Shown: positions 1 to 11,732 of the stretch, in pieces
Numbering within the stretch: the first letter of the stretch is position 1
Layout of the letters: each line of letters opens with the position of its first letter
Origin: Phoronis australis
Taxonomy: Eukaryota > Animalia > Phoronida
NCBI GenBank assembly: GCA_002633005.1
Contig: NMRA01000608.1
Location: forward strand, 153,067 to 217,066
Direction: 5' to 3'
Length of the DNA: 64,000 nucleotides
The notes under the pieces: generated by a model
Told to the model about the DNA's origin: nothing
The model's input: the letters and a program-made list of their open reading frames with translations, nothing else
Database searches by the model: none
Position numbers and translations under genes: made by a program

Positions 1-463
1 CTAAATACCCTATGGCCATTTAGCGAATATTTCAATACATCGTCACTATATTGGACAATTGCTGTAGATACGTACTCTGACAATGGCCAACAGCAGCTTC
101 ATTACGCTGAGTCATCGGGAAGTTCCTTGGTTTATCTTTTCTCTTTAACTAGTCACATCACCAATACTTCAAAGTATAGTCCCAACAGAAATCACTCAAA
201 GCTTAAAACGCGTGTTACAGAATTAATGTTAATGGGCATAAAATATATAAAGTTCTGATGTTCGAAAATGACTGAGGAACGACTAACCGATGAAAAACAA
301 AATATGTTAGAGGCTGGTAAGAGCAGGCTGCCATTTACCAACTCTATGAGGAACATGAACAAGATATGCTGTTGCTTCTAACTAACAACAGTTCCATGAA
401 GACTGACATCTATACACAACGAGCTTATTTCTGTGTAAAAACCAAGTAAAGCTTAGACTCAGG

Positions 464-568
464 TTATCGCTTCTCCATTTTTGGCTTGGGAGGCTTAAAC
501 CCTTTGGACTTTTTCTTGCTGCCTGTTTTGAAGCTTCTCCAACTATCTACTCGACCGGCCCTGCTCTC
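464..568 (-). CDS. DNAJC8: DNAJC8 last coding exon
   Basis: ESRAGRVDSWRSFKTGSKKKSKGFKPPKPKMEKR*, acceptor ttacag, TAA at 464-466. Confidence 0.93.
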   Translation of the reverse strand, partial: ESRAGRVDSWRSFKTGSKKKSKGFKPPKPKMEKR

Positions 569-3500
569 CTGTAATGAAGAGCAAAAAGATGTGAGAACTG
601 CAACTGGTAGGCACAAAATTATGAAATAAACACAAAATCTGAGATACACAAGCTTGATATGCACTGCCCCACAGACAACTTACTTTTGAGGTTACAATGA
701 ACCTTTTGAAGTCCACTTGTGTTGCATTGAATGTCTTTAACTGTGAAATGTTGACCCAACAAAAGTACACAAATGTATATGAATTCCGAATGCTTGCTGA
801 ACGAAAATCCAATTATATCTCACAAAGAAGAACATTAACCATTATTGATGTTACTTTAAACAAAATCACAAATCCCTGACTGTTCCCTTACTTGTTTACT
901 ATTCACGTAACTATAGAAACTTATGTAAACAGCCCAGCAAAATGCCCACATCTAGGCTCTGCATACATTGTCATTATTGAAATGACCAAACACCTTGTCC
1001 AACTCCCTGTCTAACACAGTCTCAGTCATTCCAGCTTGTTGATTATGCGGAGTGGACGGGCACTGTTCAACAGATACAAAACACTAGACGGGGAATAGTA
1101 ACTAAGATGGAAAAATATGGCTCCAAGATAACCAGGGATCAGCCTTTTTAGATAAGGAAACATCAAAAATATCTACTTTCCTATAAAATCAAAAAAGGAA
1201 TGTTATTTGCAATCATGTGACCAACGTTTTTTGACTTGAGCAATGGTGAATTTCTACAAAAATCCAGTTTATTGATTCATCCATTTATAATTTTAAAATT
1301 TTAACACCGACAAAAAATTTCACATACAAAATAATATCAGTTTGCACACAACTTTCCAGGAGCTGCAAATTCCAACATTACTTGTGAAGTACAAACCTCA
1401 AAATTCTTGTTCCACTCCTTCTGAACTTTCTGCCTTTCTTCTTCCTCTGCATCTTCCTGGGCTTTACGTTTACTGAAATACAATAATCCTTGATAATACA
1501 ATAATCCTTGATACGACAAACATTCATACAACAAACAATTATTCATACCATAATTATTCCGACCACAATCAATTATTTAAACCAAAAGCATTTTTAAGTC
1601 TGGTCTGCACGCCACCTGTTGACCGCATCACGCGACCTAATGAACTTAAGTCTGAAAAGACATCTGCAACGACCGGGACTTGAACCCGGGACCTTTTGCT
1701 AACCATGCAGATGCTCCAGTCCACAGAGACATCGCGTCCACTGGTCTAACACAGAAATCCAATCAGACATAGCATCCCGCCCAGTTCGACCAGTGATCTT
1801 GATGGCTCAGTGGAGTAGAGCTTCCACACAGTTAGCAGAATATCCCAGGTTCAAGTCCCGGTGGGGCAGAAATCTTTTCAGACTTATATTCATTAGGCCA
1901 CGTGATGTGGCCAATAGGTGGGGTGCAAACCAGACTTAAAAACGTTTGTGATCTATATTTCTATGCCGTCAAGATTTACATATTCCTAATTATACAAATA
2001 TTATTCATACCATAAATAATTATTTGTAACACAAATATTGTGTCCCCTCAAGTATTACCCCACAACCGAGTAAATACCCAGTACACACAAACACGTCTCA
2101 TTAAGCACAGTTCACATGCCAAGGCCTAAGCATGAATGTTCGTACGATAGAAACCCACACGTGTATAAACTCACTCTCGTTCTTGCTAACTATTAAATGA
2201 CAAAGCCATGGGCTAATGTGCAGATAGATTGGCAATATCAGAAGTATCAATCACAAGTTTGGTTAACCTTAACGCTGCATTTTGCCTCGTCTAGCTAGCT
2301 TAACTCTAATCAGGGCCTCTATTCTCTAAAAATTGGTCTCATAATTTTCCCTGCTGTGATATTATTCCATTTTCATTACCAACAAGAACATTGAAACTAT
2401 CAACAACTCAAGAAAACACTTCAGAATTAATTAGGGTTGGCCAACCTTAAAACTGCATGTAGACATTGCTTGTGACTTGAGATGGTAACAGAAATGGAAT
2501 CCTATCACAGTAATGTGTATTTATGAGAATGATTTTGTTACTAAAGTAAAAGGCCTATTAAATTCAGTTTTTGTTTTACAGTCAGAATAACAGAGCTTTA
2601 ATAAAACTTACACTTTAATTTGAGATCAACCGTTGGTCTTGTAAGATCACACGGCATATACTCACCGTTCGTGCATTTCTCTAGCTTCATGTTCCTGACG
2701 TAATCTCTCAAGATCAGCAAACAACTTGCATGTTTGGACATAAATAGCATGCTTGAACTGCAAAAATAAACCATGTACAAAGTAACTGTTAAATCTACTC
2801 ACTAGAGGGAGTTCAACATAATACACCAAGGACTGCCACAGTGTGTCACTGTCAGTCTTTAACAACACTTATAGGCCAATAAATGTCATGGCATGCTGCT
2901 GGTATGCTGTTGGCACTGTACTTTACAGCTTTTGGACTACCATTATTGGCCACATACTCAAATTGACACAAAAATAGGCCAATGCGATGTATACGAGGAG
3001 GAGGTCAATCAACTTTCCGAACCACCAATTTTTTCTAATTCCTGTGGCATGCAAAATTACTGATCACATACTCAAACTGGCACAAAAATAGGCCTGGCAT
3101 ACAAATGCCATCTATACCAGCCGTGGCTGTCAATCAACTTTATGAACCAGTGATTTTACTTCGCCAAACAGAAATCCCGCTCCCTCATCTAGTCTCCCAT
3201 CCTGCACGTAATTAAATGAAATGTTCTGTAGGCTGATTTTGAAAGATGGGTATCACTTCATTTTAGAATGGGTAATTGAGCTAATATCCCATATCTCCAT
3301 ACATCAACAATCATTTTAGAGAAGTGACAAATCTGCTGTACTGTTCATCCTTGCCTGCAATATCCAACGAAATTTTGCTGTCGATACAAGATCCACTTCA
3401 AATCACCTCTTCATTTTTATTTCTCATTTATCAAAGAAAAAATTATCATAAAATTTTGGATAGTAATAATGGTAGTAAAGAAAATCAGCAAATAAAGAGT

Positions 3501-6500
3501 TTAAGTTTCAATAAAGAGTCAAGCTTCCAGTAAAAAGTCAAACTTGCAATAAACTCGGGTGTCCAACTCACTTTCTCAGGTTCATCCTCTGGTACTGTCA
3601 CGGGTTTGCCTTCCTTTTTCAGTTGTTTCCTCTTTTTAGCAATCTATAACAACACACATAAAAGTCCAGTGGCTTCCACAACAAAAATTTAGAATTCAAA
3701 AGAAATCACAATATTATACCCATCTCCATTCTATGAAGATTTACACATTAAGCTGAGGCCAAACACCACGTAATGTTCTAACAAATATCTAACTACTAAA
3801 TAAGTTCCAACTCTTCGCATTATTTTCAAAGAAGGCCATTTGAGCGAAACTCACAATATCCCAACTTATCGCATAACACAAGTCCAATGAAGTAACAGAG
3901 AATAGTGACGATCTATAATGTGTCGCAGTGTTGACACAATGTTCAACATTTCCACATTTTATTGAGAATCTAGCTTATAGATAACGATTGTTCACAAGGT
4001 GATCTCCTCCGGTTACAGGTCAGATTTGAGAACTGATTGAGAAAAACACTCAGTAACACGCACCATTTCTTCTGTTTTTGTGCGAGCTTCATCGATAATC
4101 TCTTGACATCGTTTGTAGCCTTCTTCATTTTCTAACGTTTTCCAGGCCTTGCTGACGGCTGGAATAAATCATAAGTATTCTTATGAAATTGAACTCTTAA
4201 ATATTATCTCAGTCAGAAGAAAAGACAAGTCACACATCTATGGCACAACGGATCCCTTATTTTATGAATAAAATAAAAGACACAAAAGTGAGGCTTTTAA
4301 CAACAACATCTTTCATGGTTCCGGTTTGACACCGAATCAATACAAGAAAATAAATAAGGATTTAGCAAATGACGTCATAGTAACAACACTATATACTACA
4401 TACAGAATCCAGCCATGTTTTAACACAATACATCATCAGTTGAAAACACCATATCTCTAAGGTAAACAATACAGAATAATGAAACTCTAGTCAGAATGAA
4501 AGTCACAAAATCAAAAGGGAAAAGGAAACATAAAATTAGCAGGAGTGAAAGCCAGAGCATAAAGTATGTAGTGTTGCAAATAAAACATCGTTTGCTAGTA
4601 AGAGCACTTCTCATTTGTTTTCTTATAACATCATTCAGTACTTTAACATCGACCCTGATCATGCAAGGTTAAACTTTTCATAAATGGCACAATCTTAAAG
4701 AGAAAACTGGAGGACACAAAATGTTATCTTATTAAGATAATATTAGATACAAACTCCACGTGAGCTTGCAGTCCTTATACATTCACGTATAAGCATTGTA
4801 CTTACCAACAAAGTTTTTACCACTACAACTTTAATAATTCTTAACAATAAGCTTTAATTATTAGCAGATCATAAACACAGAGCTTTGGGGTGGTAGAGGA
4901 GGAAGATTCAAACCAAACCTTCAAAAGCTTTCTGTGCCCTTTCTACGTCATCTGTATTTTTGTCAGGATGGACCAATATAGACATCTGAAAGAGTTGTGA
5001 AGAGAAGTCATTTGACGCACAGCTTCAGTCTGACAACATTTCAGACCATACAAACATTTAAAGCAGGTATAAACCCACCTACCATCAGAAAACTAACTAC
5101 TAAAGCACTCGACGCTAAGCTAAACGCCAAGTCGCCAAACAAAATCAGAGGTCGCCAAAACTAAAAATCTCGGGTGGGCCCCTAAATCAATTCCCAGGGT
5201 TCTTATCCGGGCATTGTAAAAGTTTGTCTCAGAGTAAAGCTACATTCATTCCTGATCAGCTGGCTAAAAACTAAAATCTTAACAGCGGAAAAATACAGCT
5301 CTAAAAAAATCTTTCCAACTAACATTGCACTAACTTTGATGGCATTGCATCACCCAGCAATAACTTTGATGCTGTACTAGGAAAGCTGAAGTTAATTTTA
5401 CAACACTTCTCTGATGGGAGATTTCCCCTGAAAGTCCTGTCTTATTTTATTAGGCCCCCTTGATTATTGACTTCTATGACATAAACAAATTGTCTATGGG
5501 AGGCTTGGCATTCGTTATTACGATAATCTCCTTAACTGCTGCTCAGAATATTCCCAGGTAAACATAGAAAAGATCAAATTGTAAGCGAAGACATGTTTTG
5601 TGTTGAACAATTACTTAAAGCTGCATATATCCCTGTTTAGCTGGCTAAAAACTAAAATCTTAACAGCGGAAAAATACACCTTTAACTTCACAAAACTTCT
5701 CTGTTGGGGTATTTCAAACTTCGTAAAACTGGGCAAGATCTTTATAAAAGTCTCATGATGAAAAAACAAAAAACCAAGAGTTGTATTTTTACATTCAACA
5801 CCCAAGAAAAAGTTCAGGTTCAATTCACAGTAATGGAGTATCTAGTAAAAGAAAGTAAACAAAAAGAGTCCTACTTGTCGGAACTTCTTTTTTATTTCAG
5901 ATAAAGGTACGTCCCAGTTTACTTGTAAAACCTGAAATAAAAAATGAAAATATGTCTAGCAAAAATGAAACTACCAAATCATAAGAGACAAAGCAAAAAT
6001 GTACAAATATTCGAATAAAATGAACATAATTGACTGGGTTCTCATGTCGTGAACACATCCACTAAAACAAGAAACTGTAGGAACACCGCATTTATCCACC
6101 TTCACTCTTATAAGGCTTCTATTGTGAGTCAGCATGCGTGAATAATTGGCTGATAAGCCACCTCTGGAACTACTTTGGGCTGAATGGATGACCAGGCCAT
6201 AAAATGATAATTAGCCAAGACCAGTTACTATAATGCAACAAAGAACAAGTAATAATGTCTTGCATCACCTAGCCTTGGTGGAAAGCTGTATACTGTATTG
6301 GCTCAAACAAACGCTTAGAAAAATTCATTTCACGGGGAGGGGACGCTTATTGTAGTGAGCCTACGGCAGTTGAAACCCGNNNNNNNNNNNNNNNNNNNNN
6401 NNNNNNNNNNNNNNNNNNNNNNNNNNNNNNNNNNNNNNNNNNNNNNNNNNNNNNNNNNNNNNNNNNNNNNNNNNNNNNNNNNNNNNNNNNNNNNNNNNNN

Positions 6501-9500
6501 NNNNNNNNNNNNNNNNNNNNNNNNNNNNNNNNNNNNNNNNNNNNNNNNNNNNNNNNNNNNNNNNNNNNNNNNNNNNNNNNNNNNNNNNNNNNNNNNNNNN
6601 NNNNNNNNNNNNNNNNNNNNNNNNNNNNNNNNNNNNNNNNNNNNNNNNNNNNNNNNNNNNNNNNNNNNNNNNNNNNNNNNNNNNNNNNNNNNNNNNNNNN
6701 NNNNNNNNNNNNNNNNNNNNNNNNNNNNNNNNNNNNNNNNNNNNNNNNNNNNNNNNNNNNNNNNNNNNNNNNNNNNNNNNNNNNNNNNNNNNNNNNNNNN
6801 NNNNNNNNNNNNCTTTAATATCGACCCTGATCATGCAAGGTTAAGCTTTTCAAAAACAGCACAATCTTAAAGAGAAAACTGGAGGACACAAAATGTTATC
6901 TTATTAAGATAATATTAGATACAAACTCCACGTGAGCTTGCAGTCCTTATACATTCATGTATAAGCACTGTACTAACCAACAAAGTTTTTACCACAGTGA
7001 CTACAACTGCAATAATTCTTAGCAATAAGCTTTAATTATAAGCAGATCATACAACAGAGCTTTGGGGTGGTAGTAAGGAGGAAGATTCAAACCAAACCTT
7101 CAAAAGCTTTCTGTGCCCTTTCTACGTCATCTGTATTTTTGTCAGGATGGACCAATATAGACATCTGAAAGAGTTGTGAAGAGAAGTCATTTGACGCACA
7201 GCTTCAGTCTGACAACATTTCTGACCATACAAACATTTAAAGCAGGTATAAACCCACCTACCATCAGAAAACTAACTACTACAGCACTCAACGCTAAGCT
7301 AAACGCCAAGTCGCTAAACAAAATCAGAGGTCGCCAAAACTAAAAATCCCGAAACCGGCATGGACGGCTAAAAATCTCTCCGCAAAAGCAGAGCCGTTTT
7401 GAATGTTATGCCGCCAAAACCATATCCGTACACGCTTAGAAAGGACTCTGTGAGTACTACTGACGAGATGTCTGAAGAAATTAAGGAAATAATCTTGCGA
7501 GTGGAGGCTAGTTTAAGTACGAAAATTGACGGTGTCCTAGAGGCGATTGACAACATTCAAACGCAAATGACTGGGTTGAACGCTAAAGTGGACAATGCAC
7601 AACGAGAAATTGACAGACTCAGTGAACAAGTCAAAATGCTGAAAACGCGTGCCCTTGAAGAAGAGACAACAGGAGATACAACTTGCTAATTTATGGCTTG
7701 AATGACTCTGACGGGATTAACGAAGACATACAGTCGAAGGTGAGAGATTTGTTCGGCTCTCTCGGCATAGCCCCAGACTTTGCGCGTACATTTCCTATCG
7801 TAAACGTTCATCGAATTCCCCGAAAAGTTAAACACGACGAGTCACCCGATCCAGTGGTGGTCAAATTTATGTCAATTTTTGACAGGGATTGAGTATGGAG
7901 AGCAAGTTGGAACAGACAGGTAAGGGATGGAATAGTTTTCCGCACAGATTTACCAGCAGTTTTGAAACAGAAACGAGGAAAGCTAGATGCGAGAGCCTAC
8001 TGCATTCGGAAAGACAAGGGATGGCACACGAGAATCCGAGAGTCAAAGTCTGACGTCTGGCTTGAAATTCGCGAAAATAAGGAAGCCCAATGGAACAAAC
8101 TTGAGTGATGGAATCTAGATAAGTGGATCTCGAACAGTGTTTAAAATGATTGTTTTCAGCGTCGTTTTTGCTCTATTTTTTATACTGTTACACAGTTCAA
8201 GTTAACTCATGTGTAGTGTATATGGGTTTCTCTCGGTGCCTGAAGATTATCATCGTTTCATTTATTGTTTTTCGCAGGCCTTGGGCCGAGTCTCCAGATT
8301 TTATACATATATGTATGTGATGTAGGCCTATGTTGGTTTACTTTTCATGCCATACTTGGTGAAACTCCCAGGTCAAGGTGTTTCTCCGCGTGCCTTGTTT
8401 ATTGAGCATATACACAACGTACATGTGACATTTCGAATGCTTTGCATTTGCATATCGATAGGCCTGTTGTTTTTCATTCTCTTTTCACTAAGCCGTGTTC
8501 TATTACTGTTGCTATAGGTACATGATTACAGGCTCTGCTTGCAGCGGGCTGATCTGTCTTGACTTCATTTGCATATGAGGAACATTGGTGAATGTTCATG
8601 TATAGTTTCTTGTGTGAGTGTGTGCGTGATTGTTTCAGGGGGAGCTATTCAGATTTTCTCTATGTATATTGATCATGGCTAGCGTACGTTTGTTTTCAAT
8701 GAACTGCAGGGGCCTTCAAAGTCTTTCCAAACGCAGGGATGTTTTTAATTTTTTACATAATAAACAATTTTCTATATACTGTTTACAGGACACGCACTTT
8801 GTACCAACCGATGAACCTGTTGTAAAAGCAATGTGGGGTCTTGTTTACGTGTCCAAAGTTTTTGAAAACTGTTGAAAACTGGATAAAAAACCTCTGCGGA
8901 ATTGATATGAAACTTGATCATTTTGACGTAATTTTTGGCTCCTTTAATGGACCAAAAATCATAAATCTACTTTCATGTTTAGGCAAGTACCACATACACA
9001 AGCAAAGACTTCAGAATGTAGAACCATGTTTTGCACTTTTTAAACATTTTGTTTTTGATTACTACAAAGTAGAAAAGGTTATGTACTATAACCAGTGCAG
9101 GTATCTCGACTTCGTGGAACGATGGACCCCTCTAGCACCTTTATTTTAATTTATATGTGTATGAATGTGAGCGTGACTGTGCGCGCGAATGTTTATACTG
9201 TTTGGCTTTATTGTATTTGCATTATGATAACAATAAAAGTTTAAAAACAAAAAAAATCCCGGGTGGGCCCCTAAATCAATTCCCAGGTTTCTTATCCGGG
9301 CGTTGTAAAAGTTTGTCTCGGAGTAAAGCTACCGTCAATCCTGATCAGCTGGCTAAAAACTAAAATCTTAACAGCGGAAAAATACAGCTTTAAAAAAATC
9401 TTTCCAACTAACATTGCACTAGCTTTGCTGGCATTGCATCACCCAGCAATAACTTTGATGTCGTACTAGGAAAGCTGAAGTTAATTTTACAACACTTCTC

Positions 9501-11732
9501 TGTAGGGGGATTTTCCCTGAAAGTCCTGTCTTACTTTGTTAGGCCCCCTTGATTATTGACTTCTATGACATAAACTAATTGTCCATGGGTGGCTTGGCAT
9601 TCGTTATTACGATAATCTCCTTAATTGCTGCTCATAATATTTCCAGGTAAACACAGAAAAGATCAAATTGAAAGCAGACATGTTTTGTATTGGACTATTA
9701 CTTAAAGCTGCATATATCCCTGTTTAGCTGGCTAAAAACTAAAATCTTAACAGCGGAAAAATACAGCTTTAACTTCTCTATTGGGGTATTTCAAACTTCA
9801 TAAAACTGGGCAACATCTTTATAAAAGTCTCATGATGAAAAAACAAAAAGAAAAAGTTGTATTTTTACATTCAACACCCAAGAAAAAGTTCAGGTTCAAT
9901 TCACAGTAATGGAGTATCTAGCAAAAGAAAGTAAACAAAATGAGTCCTACTTGTCGGAACTTCTTTTTTATTTCAGATAAAGGTACGTCCCAGTTTACTT
10001 GTAAAACCTGAAATAAAAAATGGAAATATCTCTAGCAACAATTAACTACCAAATCATAAGAGATAAAACAAAAAAAGTAAAAATATATGAATAAAATGAA
10101 TATATTTAATTGACTGGGTTTTTGACCAGTATCCTCTGAACATAAAAAATCCTTTCTAGCTCGTACTTCTATTTTTGAACTAAATGTAATCTGAGAGTAG
10201 TAAATAATTGCCAATTCTATTTTTGTTTTCTCCTCTGCAATTATTAATGTATACGTTTCTTGCAGAGTTATATTGTATTCACATTGTAACTTACGTCAAA
10301 CGGATTCAAGTTGAAATATGTCGATCCTGGTCGCAAAAGTCTGTCAATCTGTTGTTTTGATGTTAATACTGCATCGCGCTTTTCAAGTTCTTTCACCTGT
10401 GAATAAATTAAAGTGACAGTGTTAACTAACGGGATAAAAATGTTGGAATTTTAGGCCACAAATGGTGACACTTTAATTGGCACTTCTTTAAACCCTAGCA
10501 ACTAGAGGAGGCAGTGTGTCCTAGTGGGTATATGTGTCCGCTTCTTTGCTTAAGGTCGTTGGTTCGAGTACTACTGGGGCACACTGTTAACGGTACTCTT
10601 GAGCCAGGTCTTAAGCTCCTCAGCCCCGTTTTATCTATATATTAATAAAACATAAAATTGGTTCCAGACAATCAGTGCAATTGGCCCCCCAGAGCAGCCT
10701 GTGGACGTCTGGTACAATGTGTATCAGACCACCTGCAATGATTTCTTTTAGACCTTGAAACTGGTATTAAGTTCAGACTATCTGGCTCACAGAGATGCAC
10801 ATTCATGATAGGGCAGTGTTGTCCTAAATGAAAAAGAATCACATAAAAAATCCAAACAAAGCCAGCACAATTAAGCCAATGGGTATTGCAATTCAGAATT
10901 CTTTTAGTCCATTTAGACAATACTGTCACTTACAGGGGTGTCGAATTTTGAGAACCAGTTTGAACTTTGATGCCTGTTACTCAGTGGAGAAAACTGGTTC
11001 TCAAAATGTGGGACCCCTTAAAGTGACTAATACCTACTCAAATGTTAGGAAGCAGATTCATATCTATTGTGGCACACTACACTTGCCATTAGATAATCAT
11101 TGGTAACTAGACTTTCAAGCCAGGCCTTTCGTGTTGGTTTGTCTTTGAATTCTGAAGGCATGTCAATATTTCAAACTCCTTAGATCTGCAAGTTTTAACT
11201 TCTTATGGTCTAAGTTAGCATTAGTTTCTAAGTACCGTAGTTGGGGTAGTTACAGTGACTACAGTGACAAGGCCTACAGGTTGATACTACAGTGAGTGTG
11301 GGGTGCTATACTTATGGTATAATACGTGCCTATAACTTGGCACTGGTCATATCTGATTAGTACGATGTAGGTGATATAAGCAACTCATAAGGAGCTGTGT
11401 AACGATTACAAAACATACTTAATCTTATAGATATCAGTGTTCTCGGGATGGTTGCCAGTCGGCACCTCGACAATTGGCATTTCCTTTCTCTTTGACTAAG
11501 TTTGACGCTGCTCGCGCGCATCCAATCTACCACAGCTGGATCGGCCGACCTCTGCGGCAGAACATAATCAAACGATATTCCTCTAGATATCGAAATAAAT
11601 ACTATTTTATCACCTTCTATAACAAAAACTCACCTCACTGTAAAACTCATCAAACATTTCGTCTTTTTTTGACGGGTCATTCGTTGAAGTTTGCTCCTCA
11701 TCCCTGGAGCTCGGGATCGCTGTGGAAGCCAT
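464..11732 (-). CDS. DNAJC8: DnaJ homolog subfamily C member 8, 9 coding exons: 11634-11732, 10295-10396, 5875-5931 (copy 9951-10007), 4919-4985 (copy 7098-7164), 4064-4158, 3572-3643, 2666-2757, 1397-1472, 464-568
   Basis: Manual splicing with GT-AG junctions and consistent phases gives 765 nt (254 aa + stop): MASTAIP...FDEFYSE|VKELEKRDAVLTSKQQIDRLLRPGSTYFNLNPFD|VLQV...KKKFRQ|MSILVHPDKN (J-domain HPD)...|ESRAGRVDSWRSF...PPKPKMEKR, collinear with human DNAJC8 as I recall it. Confidence 0.95.
1397..1472 (-). CDS. DNAJC8: DNAJC8 exon 8
   Basis: KRKAQEDAEEEERQKVQKEWNKNFE, flanked by AG/GT. Confidence 0.92.
1591..1942. mobile_element. Inverted pair of tRNA-derived (SINE-like) units forming a fold-back element in a DNAJC8 intron
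   Basis: 1591-1716 is roughly 80% identical by eye to the reverse complement of 1818-1942. The right unit has A box TGGCTCAGTGG and B box GGTTCAAGTCC. Confidence 0.7.
2666..2757 (-). CDS. DNAJC8: DNAJC8 exon 7
   Basis: FKHAIYVQTCKLFADLERLRQEHEAREMHER, flanked by AG/GT. Confidence 0.93.
3572..3643 (-). CDS. DNAJC8: DNAJC8 exon 6
   Basis: IAKKRKQLKKEGKPVTVPEDEPEK, flanked by AG/GT. Confidence 0.93.
4064..4158 (-). CDS. DNAJC8: DNAJC8 exon 5
   Basis: AVSKAWKTLENEEGYKRCQEIIDEARTKTEEM, flanked by AG/GT. Confidence 0.92.
4919..4985 (-). CDS. DNAJC8: DNAJC8 exon 4 (HPD motif), copy A
   Basis: MSILVHPDKNTDDVERAQKAFE, flanked by AG/GT. Confidence 0.92.
5875..5931 (-). CDS. DNAJC8: DNAJC8 exon 3, copy A
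   Basis: VLQVNWDVPLSEIKKKFRQ, flanked by AG/GT. Confidence 0.9.
7098..7164 (-). CDS. DNAJC8: DNAJC8 exon 4, copy B (alternative haplotype)
   Basis: Same sequence as 4919-4985. Confidence 0.8.
7408..8108 (+). pseudogene. LINE ORF1 (coiled coil + RRM-like) with frameshift near 7665 and in-frame TGA at 7890
   Basis: Coiled coil followed by RRYNLLIYGL...HRIP...PDPVVVKF...DLP...KR motifs typical of L1 ORF1p. Confidence 0.75.
8675..9149 (+). pseudogene. LINE ORF2 remnant: APE endonuclease N-terminus joined to the extreme C-terminus; RT deleted
   Basis: MASVRLFSMNCRGLQSLSKRRDVF...YCLQDTHF (endonuclease start), then from ~8840 LFTCPK...W...GKYHIHK...F..RW (ORF2 C-terminal region). Confidence 0.8.
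9951..10007 (-). CDS. DNAJC8: DNAJC8 exon 3, copy B
   Basis: Same sequence as 5875-5931. Confidence 0.8.
10295..10396 (-). CDS. DNAJC8: DNAJC8 exon 2
   Basis: VKELEKRDAVLTSKQQIDRLLRPGSTYFNLNPFD, flanked by AG/GT. Confidence 0.95.
10508..10630 (+). mobile_element. Degenerate tRNA-derived SINE head
   Basis: GGCAGTGTGTCCTAGTGG (A-box-like), GGTTCGAGTAC (B-box-like), then a CTTGAGC-AGG core motif. Confidence 0.5.
11634..11732 (-). CDS. DNAJC8: DNAJC8 exon 1 (ATG), copy A
   Basis: MASTAIPSSRDEEQTSTNDPSKKDEMFDEFYSE followed by GTGAG donor. Confidence 0.9.

Larger units (their letters stand above)
7352..9251 (+). mobile_element. L1/Tx1-clade non-LTR retrotransposon, internally deleted, polymorphic insertion
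   Basis: TSD AAAAATCCCG at 7342-7351 and 9252-9261; AATAAA plus A-rich tail; empty site near 5161-5175 in the other copy; ORF1-like and partial ORF2 sequence. Confidence 0.9.
4641..10120. repeat. Near-identical duplication (4641-~6041 vs 6813-~10120) across an N gap; probable co-assembled haplotypes
   Basis: Same intron and exon sequence with scattered SNPs/indels. The second copy additionally carries the LINE insertion. Confidence 0.85.

Noticed and set aside
1801-1870. Functional tRNA gene
   Set aside because: Stems appear degenerate and it is part of an inverted repeat element.
6355-6870. Long ORFs in the ORF track
   Set aside because: They consist of X residues from the N gap.
4919-10007. 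Mutually exclusive alternative exons in DNAJC8
   Set aside because: The exon copies are identical, the introns are near-identical, and an assembly gap separates them; haplotype duplication is more likely.
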